Source: Mycobacterium tuberculosis H37Rv
GTDB taxonomy: Bacteria > Actinomycetota > Actinomycetes > Mycobacteriales > Mycobacteriaceae
Assembly: GCF_000195955.2 (NCBI RefSeq)
Contig: NC_000962.3
Span: 3,780,001 to 3,812,000 of the forward strand
Direction of reading: 5' to 3'
Length of the DNA stretch: 32,000 nt
This document shows, one piece after another, positions 18,490-25,620 of the stretch; position 1 is the first letter of the stretch, and each line of letters starts with the position of its first letter. The notes beneath the pieces were generated by a model, which ran no database searches, had not been told where the DNA came from, and saw only the letters and a program-made list of their open reading frames with translations. The translations under genes and the position numbers were made by a program.

Positions 18490-19242
18490 TCTTAACCTCA
18501 CCGGAGCAACAGTGAGTCGCTATTTTCAGCGAACGAGCAATCGGCGATATTGCTTCACTTCGGAGATACCCAAATATTTCAAATATCAACGCAACATGTA
18601 CCTATGCCCGTCGACCAACACGACCATCAGGGTTGTTAGCAATGATCTCGGAATTCGAGTTGTCCAGACGCCCCGGGTCATCCACTACAGAAAGACACGC
18701 ATACCCTGCGGCGACCTATACTTCCCATCACGGCGGGTAGGTTGCCTTCGACAATACTGCAACATTCAATTGCCTGGCCTTTCTCGGAGTATCTTGCGGA
18801 CTTGAAGCTCACACATCGGCCGGCGTCGAACGCCTCACGCTGCAGAGCAGTTTAGTGGATTTCATCAGCATCGGATATGCATAATTGAAACCACAGCACT
18901 TTCATAAACAGTGTCCAGATGATTTACACCTAATTTGGGCGGCGAATGCTACGCAATGGTGGTGCGCTTCCCAAGGGAGCACAACGCGAAGCTAAAGCAG
19001 TTGCACGCCGAGACCGAGCCGAAAGGTCGCCCTGCGGGGAAGGCGGCCACGGGAGAATTGTGAGCTCGGCGGTCGACCACGACGTACCCGCCACGCCGTA
19101 GTAATGGGCATTTGTACATGTACATTCGCACACAAGGAGAGGTCTTGACGTATCTATTCCCTCTCTGCGCGATCGCGGCGGAGGCGGCGGCAACCAGCCT
19201 GTTCAAGGGCAGTTTCGGGGACTTTCGCGTCTGCTCGCCGGG

Positions 19243-19635
19243 TCACGACGGGGCGATCACGGCCATGCCGAGCGTCTTGGCGGCGTCGCGCATCCGGTCG
19301 TCGTAGGTGCACAACCGGCCCAGATCGACGCCGAGCCGCTGCGCCGTCGCCAAGTGGATGGCATCGAGCGTGCGCAGCTCGAATGGCAGCAGCCCACCAG
19401 CGAGATCGAGGACGCGCTTGTCGACGCGCAGCAGATCGAGATGAGCCAGCGCCCGGCGGCCGGCTTTCCGCGCTGATTCACCCTTGTCAAGCAGGGCCCG
19501 CATGACCTCCGCGCGCGCAAGGGCACTCGACACTCGCGGGTGGCGGGTGCGAAGGTAGCGGCGCAGCGCGTCCGACTCTGGCTCGCGAACCGCGAGCTTG
19601 ACGATCGCGGACGAGTCGAGATAGATGGCCGCCAT
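19243..19635 (-). CDS. vapC46: PIN-domain toxin VapC46 (Rv3384c)
   Basis: 130 aa from ATG 19635. PIN acidic residues in IYLDSSAIVKL and LRTLDAIHLATA. Its start overlaps the vapB46 stop (TGATG). Confidence 0.9.
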   Translation of the reverse strand: MAAIYLDSSAIVKLAVREPESDALRRYLRTRHPRVSSALARAEVMRALLDKGESARKAGRRALAHLDLLRVDKRVLDLAGGLLPFELRTLDAIHLATAQRLGVDLGRLCTYDDRMRDAAKTLGMAVIAPS

Positions 19636-19943
19636 CAACGCTCGTGCTCACGCAGGCGCGCAAGCGTCACCGACGGCAGCTCGACGCCCGCGTCGAGGTC
19701 GAGCGGTTCGGGCAGATCAACGACGTCGAGCGTGGCACGCTCGATCTCGCCGCTTGCCAGCAGCTGCTCGTATGGACCGCCCTGCGGCAGCGGCGAGAGC
19801 AGGGCGACGGGCCGGCCGCGGTCGGTGATCTCGATCGTCTCGCCGGCCTCGACTCGGCGCAGCAGCTCGCTGGCCCGCTGCCGCAGCGCACGCACCCCCA
19901 CCGAGGTCATTGTGCTAACTGTAGCACAAGCGGTCGGCGTCAT
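19635..19943 (-). CDS. vapB46: Phd/YefM-type antitoxin VapB46 (Rv3385c); the real start may be ATG 19910
   Basis: The conserved antitoxin core begins at MTSVGVRALRQRASELLRRVEAGETIEITDRGRPVALLSPL. The upstream 11 codons overlap a palindrome (see findings). Confidence 0.85.
   Translation of the reverse strand: MTPTACATVSTMTSVGVRALRQRASELLRRVEAGETIEITDRGRPVALLSPLPQGGPYEQLLASGEIERATLDVVDLPEPLDLDAGVELPSVTLARLREHER
19910..19929. promoter_or_regulatory. Candidate vapBC46 operator/promoter palindrome
   Basis: TTGTGCTA-ACTG-TAGCACAA is a perfect 8-bp inverted repeat. On the minus strand it contains TACAGT (TANNNT) 7 nt before ATG 19910. Confidence 0.45.
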
Positions 19944-20091
19944 GGGCCGACGTTCGACTCGCGCAGGCTTTAAGTAACGTCGGTGTTAATTACTAGGACC
20001 TGAAAAAGTCGGCGCGTTGTTCCTCGGTTGGTTGGCGCTGAGCTGGGAGGATGGCCTCAATGCCCTTGTTGCGGAAGGGATTGAGGCCATC

Positions 20092-20796
20092 GTGTTTCGT
20101 ACTGTAGGCGATCAGGCATCGTTGTGGGAATCCGTGCTGCCCGAGGAGTTGCGGCGGCTGCCCGAAGAGCTGGCCCGGGTGGATGCGCTGCTCGATGATT
20201 CGGCGTTCTTCTGCCCGTTTGTGCCGTTCTTCGACCCGCGGATGGGTCGGCCGTCCATACCGATGGAGACCTATTTGCGGTTGATGTTCTTGAAGTTCCG
20301 TTACCGGTTGGGCTATGAGTCGCTGTGTCGGGAGGTCACCGATTCGATCACCTGGCGGCGGTTCTGCCGTATTCCGTTGGAGGGATCGGTGCCGCACCCA
20401 ACCACGTTGATGAAGCTGACCACGCGCTGCGGTGAGGATGCGGTGGCCGGGCTCAATGAGGCGCTGCTGGCCAAGGCGGCCAGCGAAAAGCTGTTGCGCA
20501 CCAACAAGGTCCGTGCCGACACCACCGTGGTGGAGGGCGATGTGGGCTATCCCACCGACACTGGACTGCTCGCCAAGGCGGTCGGCTCGATGGCGCGCAC
20601 CGTGGCGCGGATCAAAGCCGCGGACGCGGGATCGGCGCCGCTCGGTGGGTCGTCGGGCCCGCGCGATCGCCTCCAAGCTGCGGTTACGCGGCGCGCAGCA
20701 ACGCGATCAGGCGCAGGCCTTCGTGCGCCGGATCACCGGGGAGCTAGCCGGGATCGCCGAGCAGGCGCTGACCGAGGCTGCCGCGGTGGTACGTAA
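20092..20796 (+). CDS. Transposase, N-terminal part (Rv3386)
   Basis: DUF772-type N-domain (PSIPMETYLRLMFLKFRYRLGYESLCREVTDSITWRRFCRI) and ADTTVVEGDVGYPTDTGLL. Sense is lost after ..ARIKAAD (about 20625). The start choice is from memory of the 234-aa annotation. Confidence 0.75.
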   Translation: MFRTVGDQASLWESVLPEELRRLPEELARVDALLDDSAFFCPFVPFFDPRMGRPSIPMETYLRLMFLKFRYRLGYESLCREVTDSITWRRFCRIPLEGSVPHPTTLMKLTTRCGEDAVAGLNEALLAKAASEKLLRTNKVRADTTVVEGDVGYPTDTGLLAKAVGSMARTVARIKAADAGSAPLGGSSGPRDRLQAAVTRRAATRSGAGLRAPDHRGASRDRRAGADRGCRGGT

Positions 20797-21463
20797 CGCC
20801 CAACGTGCGGTGCGCCGCGCCAGTGGGCGGCGCAAAGCCTGGCTACGCCAGGCCATCAACCATCTCGAGAAGCTGATCGGACGCACCGAGCGGGTGGTGG
20901 ACCAGGCCCGTAGCCGGCTGGCCGGGGTAATGCCCGACTCAAGCAGCCGCCTGGTCAGTCTCCACGATGCCGACGCTCGCCCGATCCGCAAGGGACGATT
21001 GGGCAAGCCGGTCGAGTTCGGCTACAAGGCCCAGGTCGTCGACAACGCCGACGGTGTCATCCTGGACCACAGCGTCGAGCTCGGAAACCCCGCAGATGCA
21101 CCGCAATTGGCACCCGCCATCGAACGGATCAGCCGCCGCACCGGACGCCCACCACGGGCAGTGACCGCTGATCGGGGCTGCGGAGACGCATCGGTCGAAG
21201 ATGATCTCCACCAGCTCGGGGTGCGCAACGTGGCCATCCCACGCAAGAGCAAACCCAGCGCCACCCGCCGCGCATTCGAACACCGACGGGCATTCCGCGA
21301 CAAGATCAAATGGCGAACCGGATCCGAAGGACGCATCAACCACCTCAAGCGCAGCTACGGCTGGAACCGCACCGAACTCACCGGCATCACCGGCGCCCGA
21401 ACCTGGTGCGGACACGGCGTCTTCGCCCACAACCTCGTCAAGATCAGCACCCTGGCAGCGTGA
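20786..21463 (+). CDS. Transposase, C-terminal DDE part (Rv3387)
   Basis: LVSLHDADARPIRKGRLGKPVEFGYKAQV..AVTADRGCG..WRTGSEGRINHLKRSYGWNR. Transposase-like sequence in this frame already begins near 20635 (RDRRRSVGRRARAIASKLRLRG). Confidence 0.75.
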   Translation: MVRNAQRAVRRASGRRKAWLRQAINHLEKLIGRTERVVDQARSRLAGVMPDSSSRLVSLHDADARPIRKGRLGKPVEFGYKAQVVDNADGVILDHSVELGNPADAPQLAPAIERISRRTGRPPRAVTADRGCGDASVEDDLHQLGVRNVAIPRKSKPSATRRAFEHRRAFRDKIKWRTGSEGRINHLKRSYGWNRTELTGITGARTWCGHGVFAHNLVKISTLAA

Positions 21464-21652
21464 CAGACACCCGCGCCCACCCCGACCACGCCACGCAGGT
21501 CGCCCAGCCCGCCGCCGTCAATGCAACCGCGACTTTTTCAGGTCTTAGTAATTAGTGGCCGCCGCTTTGGGTCCACCGGGGCCCTGCGGCGAAACACCAG
21601 ACGTGATGCCGTGATCGGCGATACCCTTCGACCCATTGAAGGGAGAACAGCC

Positions 21653-23848
21653 ATGTCGTTTGTGATCGCGAACCCCGAGATGCTGGCAGCGGCGGCGACC
21701 GATTTGGCCGGCATCCGGTCGGCGATCAGCGCCGCGACCGCGGCGGCCGCGGCCCCGACGATCCAGGTTGCCGCGGCCGGCGCCGACGAGGTGTCGCTGG
21801 CCATCTCGGCGCTGTTTGGCCAGCACGCCCAGGCCTATCAGGCGCTCAGCGCCCAGGCGACGATCTTTCACGACCAGTTCGTGCAGGCCCTGACCTCCGG
21901 CGGCAACCTGTATGCGGCCGCCGAGAGCCACACCGTCGAGCAGATGGTGCTCAACGCGATCAACGCGCCCACCCAGACACTGTTCGGCCGCCCGCTGATC
22001 GGCGACGGCGCCAACGGGACCGCGGAGAACCCGGACGGCCAAAACGGCGGCCTGCTGTTCGGCAACGGCGGCAACGGCTTTACCCAGACGACCGCCGGGG
22101 TGGCCGGCGGCAACGGCGGCAGCGCGGGGTTGATCGGCAACGGCGGGGCCGGCGGCGGCGGCGGGGCCGGCGCCGCCGGCGGCCTCGGCGGCAACGGCGG
22201 GTGGCTGTACGGCAACGGCGGGGCCGGCGGCATCGGGGGCGCGGGCACCGGAACCGGTGGTCACGGCGGGGCCGGCGGGGCCGGCGGCCGGGCCTGGCTG
22301 TGGGGCACCGGCGGGGCCGGCGGAGCCGGCGGTGACGGCGGCTGGTTGTTCGGCGACGGCGGGGCCGGCGGCACCGGCGGCAACGGCGGCAGCGGCTTTA
22401 ACAGCTTGACCTCTTCGGTCGGCGGCGCCGGCGGGGCCGGTGGGCACGCCGGGCTGTTCGGCGCCGGCGGGACCGGCGGGACCGGCGGCATCGGCGGGCA
22501 AAACACCGAGACCGGCCCGGCCGCCAGCAACGGCGGCGCGGGCGGCGCCGGTGGCGGCGGCGGGTACCTGGTCGGCGATGGCGGCGCCGGCGGGACCGGC
22601 GGGGCCGGCGGGAAGAATTCCAGCGGTGGCGCCACCCTCACCGGGGGCACCGGAGGGACCGGCGGGGCCGGCGGGGCGGCCGGGTGGCTCTACGGCAGCG
22701 GCGGCGCCGGCGGTGCCGGCGGCGCCGGCGGGCTCAACAACGCCGGTGGTGCCACCGGCGGCACCGGCGGTACCGGCGGAGCCGGCGGCTCTGGAGCGTG
22801 GCTGTACGGCAACGGCGGGGCCGCCGGGGCCGGCGGCAACGGCGGCAACAATACCAGCGCCGGCACCGGTGGTGTCGGGGCTAGCGGCGGGACCGGCGGA
22901 AACGCCGGGCTGATCGGCGCCGGCGGCCACGGCGGGGCCGGCGGCGCCGGCGGAAACCAAACCGGTGGCGTGGGCAACGGCGGGGCCGGCGGGAACGGCG
23001 GCGCCGGCGGGGCCGGTGGTCAGCTGTACGGCAACGGCGGGGACGGCGGCAACGGCGGGGCCGGCGGGGCCAACATCGCCGGCGGCAATGGCAGCGACGG
23101 CGGCGCCGCCGGCCACGGCGGGGCCGGCGGGAGCGCCCGGCTGATCGGAGCCGGCGGCCACGGCGGGGACGGCGGCGCCGGCGGGAACACCGCCGGCAGA
23201 AGGGCCGACGCGATCGCCGGCACCGGCGGGGACGGCGGCAACGGCGGGAATGGCGGCTTGCTAAGCGGCAACGCCGGGGCCGGCGGCCACGGCGGGGCGG
23301 GCGGGAGCAGCACCGCGACCACCACCACCGGAACACCCCCAACGGGTGCAACGGGCGGCAATGGCGGCAACGGCGGGGCCGGCGGCACGGCCGGGTTTAC
23401 CGGCAGCGGCGGCATCGGCGGCAACGGCGGGGCCGGCGGCACCGGCGGTAACGCCGGTGTCGCCTTGTCGGTTGGCAGCACGGGCGGACTGGGCGGTAAC
23501 GGCGGCAGCGGGGGCCTCGGCGGCGGCGGCGGGTCGCTCTTCGGCAATGGCGGGGCCGGCGGTGTCGGCGCAACCGGCGGAAACGGCGGAAGCGGTATCG
23601 GGCCCGCCAGCGTGGGTGGCAACGGCGGCAAGGGCGGCGTTGGTGCGGCCGGCGGGCTTGCCGGGCAGATCGGCAACGGCGGTAGTGGTGGGTCCGGCGG
23701 TGCCGGGGGCAACGGCGGGACCGGCGATACCGCCGGCAACGGTGGCAATGGTGGTGCCGGCGCGGTCGGCGGCAACGCCCAGCTCATCGGCAACGGCGGC
23801 AACGGCGGTGGCGGCGGGAACGGCGGAACCGGCGCCGACGGCACCTAA
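21653..23848 (+). CDS. PE_PGRS52: PE_PGRS family protein (PE_PGRS52 / Rv3388)
   Basis: PE domain [47 protein letters not shown], then about 1.8 kb of GGAGGxGGNGG repeats. SD GAAGGGAG. The track start at 21521 lies inside the IS1560 terminal repeat and is rejected. Confidence 0.95.
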   Translation: MSFVIANPEMLAAAATDLAGIRSAISAATAAAAAPTIQVAAAGADEVSLAISALFGQHAQAYQALSAQATIFHDQFVQALTSGGNLYAAAESHTVEQMVLNAINAPTQTLFGRPLIGDGANGTAENPDGQNGGLLFGNGGNGFTQTTAGVAGGNGGSAGLIGNGGAGGGGGAGAAGGLGGNGGWLYGNGGAGGIGGAGTGTGGHGGAGGAGGRAWLWGTGGAGGAGGDGGWLFGDGGAGGTGGNGGSGFNSLTSSVGGAGGAGGHAGLFGAGGTGGTGGIGGQNTETGPAASNGGAGGAGGGGGYLVGDGGAGGTGGAGGKNSSGGATLTGGTGGTGGAGGAAGWLYGSGGAGGAGGAGGLNNAGGATGGTGGTGGAGGSGAWLYGNGGAAGAGGNGGNNTSAGTGGVGASGGTGGNAGLIGAGGHGGAGGAGGNQTGGVGNGGAGGNGGAGGAGGQLYGNGGDGGNGGAGGANIAGGNGSDGGAAGHGGAGGSARLIGAGGHGGDGGAGGNTAGRRADAIAGTGGDGGNGGNGGLLSGNAGAGGHGGAGGSSTATTTTGTPPTGATGGNGGNGGAGGTAGFTGSGGIGGNGGAGGTGGNAGVALSVGSTGGLGGNGGSGGLGGGGGSLFGNGGAGGVGATGGNGGSGIGPASVGGNGGKGGVGAAGGLAGQIGNGGSGGSGGAGGNGGTGDTAGNGGNGGAGAVGGNAQLIGNGGNGGGGGNGGTGADGT

Positions 23849-23855
23849 GGCCCGC

Positions 23856-23911
23856 GAGCAGACGCAAAATCGCCCAATTTCGTGCCGAATTGGGCGATTT
23901 TGCGTCTGCTC
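23856..23911. terminator. Perfect 24-bp stem / 8-nt loop hairpin between convergent PE_PGRS52 and htdY (candidate bidirectional terminator)
   Basis: GAGCAGACGCAAAATCGCCCAATT (23856-23879), loop TCGTGCCG, then AATTGGGCGATTTTGCGTCTGCTC (23888-23911), the exact reverse complement. It lies 7 nt after each stop codon. There is no U-tract on either strand. Confidence 0.7.
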
Positions 23912-23918
23912 GGCGCAG

Positions 23919-24791
23919 CTAACCCGCCACGTACTCCACCGCGCCGTCGTCGAGCACCACCCGGGCCTCGGCGCCGTCGGAGCCGGCCACCTCGGTGCGG
24001 AACACCGCCCGGCCCGGCTCGGTGCGCCAGATCACCGTCGACAGCGTCTCGCCGGGAAACACCGGCTTGGTGAACCGCGCGGCGATCGAGGTGATGTTGG
24101 CCGCCACACCGCCGCCAAGCTCGGCCACCAGCGCCCGGCCCGCCACCCCGTAGGTGCACAACCCGTGCAGGATCGGCTTGGGAAACCCGGCCAGCTGCGT
24201 GGCGAACCAGGGGTCGCTGTGCAGCGGGTTGCGGTCACCGGAGAGCCGGTAGATCAGCGCCTGGTCCTCACGGGTCGGCATATCGATTCGGGCGTCGGGG
24301 TGGCGGTCCGGAAATTCCGGCGCGGCCGGCCGCTCACCCCGCGCTCCTCCGAAACCCCCCTGACCCCGAAGCACCAACGTGGTAAGCGTTTCGGCAACCA
24401 ACGAACCCGATTCCGGGTCGCAACCGCGGCCGCGCAGCACAACGATGGCGTTCTTGCCCTCCCCCTTGTCCTGGATGTCGGCGACCTCGGTGACCACCGA
24501 CAGTTTTCCCGCCGCCGGCAGCGGCGCATGCAGCCGGATGCCCTGGGAGCCGTGTAGCAGCGCCGCCGGGTTGAATGTTCCCACCTTTGCGGCCGCACCA
24601 AACGCCGGACAGCAAATCACCGCATACGTCGGCAACACTTGCTGGTCGATGCCGTGGCTGTTCTCCGTGGTGAACGCCAGATCTCCGGTCCCGGCGCCCA
24701 CCCCGATCGCGTAAAGCAGCGTGTCCCGGTCGGTCCACTCGAACAACATCGGCTCGGTCACTGCACCTATGGAGTTCGGATCAATCGCCAT
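23919..24791 (-). CDS. htdY: Double hot-dog (R)-specific 3-hydroxyacyl-thioester dehydratase HtdY (Rv3389c)
   Basis: 290-aa ORF. Hydratase-2 motif YRLSGDRNPLHSDPWFA. SD GGAGGAG upstream of ATG 24791. Confidence 0.92.
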   Translation of the reverse strand: MAIDPNSIGAVTEPMLFEWTDRDTLLYAIGVGAGTGDLAFTTENSHGIDQQVLPTYAVICCPAFGAAAKVGTFNPAALLHGSQGIRLHAPLPAAGKLSVVTEVADIQDKGEGKNAIVVLRGRGCDPESGSLVAETLTTLVLRGQGGFGGARGERPAAPEFPDRHPDARIDMPTREDQALIYRLSGDRNPLHSDPWFATQLAGFPKPILHGLCTYGVAGRALVAELGGGVAANITSIAARFTKPVFPGETLSTVIWRTEPGRAVFRTEVAGSDGAEARVVLDDGAVEYVAG

Positions 24792-24864
24792 GCAACTCTC
24801 CTCCCGGTTGGAAAATCATCGCAAGCCCTTCCCCCGGACGGTATCGACAGGGCAGGCTATCGCC

Positions 24865-25575
24865 ATGGCGAAGCGCACCCCGGTCCGGAAGGCCTGCACA
24901 GTTCTAGCCGTGCTCGCCGCGACGCTACTCCTCGGCGCCTGCGGCGGTCCCACGCAGCCACGCAGCATCACCTTGACCTTTATCCGCAACGCGCAATCCC
25001 AGGCCAACGCCGACGGGATCATCGACACCGACATGCCCGGTTCCGGCCTCAGCGCCGACGGCAAAGCAGAGGCGCAGCAGGTCGCGCACCAGGTTTCCCG
25101 CAGAGATGTCGACAGCATCTATTCCTCCCCCATGGCGGCCGACCAGCAGACCGCCGGGCCGTTGGCCGGCGAACTTGGCAAGCAAGTCGAGATTCTTCCG
25201 GGCCTGCAAGCGATCAACGCCGGCTGGTTCAACGGCAAACCCGAATCAATGGCCAACTCAACATATATGCTGGCACCGGCAGACTGGCTGGCCGGCGATG
25301 TTCACAACACTATTCCGGGGTCGATCAGCGGCACCGAATTCAATTCCCAGTTCAGCGCCGCCGTCCGCAAGATCTACGACAGCGGCCACAATACGCCGGT
25401 CGTGTTCTCGCAGGGGGTAGCGATCATGATCTGGACGCTGATGAACGCACGAAACTCTAGGGACAGCCTGCTGACCACCCATCCACTGCCCAACATCGGC
25501 CGCGTGGTGATCACCGGCAACCCAGTGACCGGCTGGAGGCTGGTGGAATGGGACGGCATCCGTAACTTCACCTGA
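24865..25575 (+). CDS. lpqD: Lipoprotein LpqD with a histidine-phosphatase (PGAM-like) fold but substituted catalytic residues (Rv3390)
   Basis: Signal peptide plus lipobox LLLGAC-G. PGAM-like blocks LTFIRNAQSQAN, IYSSPMAADQQTA, VVFSQGVAIM. 236 aa from ATG 24865. Confidence 0.9.
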   Translation: MAKRTPVRKACTVLAVLAATLLLGACGGPTQPRSITLTFIRNAQSQANADGIIDTDMPGSGLSADGKAEAQQVAHQVSRRDVDSIYSSPMAADQQTAGPLAGELGKQVEILPGLQAINAGWFNGKPESMANSTYMLAPADWLAGDVHNTIPGSISGTEFNSQFSAAVRKIYDSGHNTPVVFSQGVAIMIWTLMNARNSRDSLLTTHPLPNIGRVVITGNPVTGWRLVEWDGIRNFT

Positions 25576-25620
25576 CCGCGCGGTTGACGCTTACCGCCGC
25601 TGACCGCCACGATTGACCGC

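Larger units (their letters stand above)
19987..21554 (+). mobile_element. IS1560-like insertion sequence (IS4/IS5-superfamily, DUF772 plus DDE transposase), apparently defective
   Basis: 25-bp terminal inverted repeats with 1 mismatch: TAATTACTAGGACCTGAAAAAGTCG (19987-20011) and CGACTTTTTCAGGTCTTAGTAATTA (21530-21554). The transposase is split over two frames. The exact ends are ambiguous because the termini are the palindrome TAATTA/AATT. Confidence 0.85.

Noticed and set aside
18374-19206. ORFs in the AT-rich tract upstream of idsB (18374..18805 plus strand at 143 aa; 18930..19193 and 18949..19206 minus strand), plus a 51-codon plus-strand ORF at about 18947-19102.
   Set aside because: They have no SD sequences and atypical composition, they overlap one another, and I recognise no family resemblance. 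I treat the tract as non-coding or eroded DNA (see finding).
21521-21652. The N-terminal 44-codon extension of PE_PGRS52 given by the ORF track.
   Set aside because: It starts inside the IS1560 terminal inverted repeat. The canonical PE start [11 protein letters not shown] with an SD is at 21653.
21545-23844. Long minus-strand and alternative-frame ORFs across PE_PGRS52 (e.g. 21545..23161 at 538 aa, 23020..23844 at 274 aa, 22881..23351, 22261..22650). They encode Pro/Ala- or Arg-rich proteins.
   Set aside because: These are shadow frames of the GGC/GCC-rich PGRS repeat. They are compositionally trivial (poly-P/A/R), have no SD or start context, and are fully explained by the sense PE_PGRS frame, which carries a genuine PE domain.
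21900-23848. Highly repetitive DNA that might be mistaken for a CRISPR array or tandem VNTR.
   Set aside because: The repeats are degenerate 9-15-nt Gly-codon units in one continuous ORF. There is no constant-length direct repeat alternating with unique spacers, and no cas genes in the window.
23346-24557. 403-aa plus-strand ORF running from the PGRS repeat through the hairpin and antisense to htdY.
   Set aside because: It is out of frame with PE_PGRS52, crosses the real stop and the terminator hairpin, and is antisense to a gene with a clear hydratase-2 motif.
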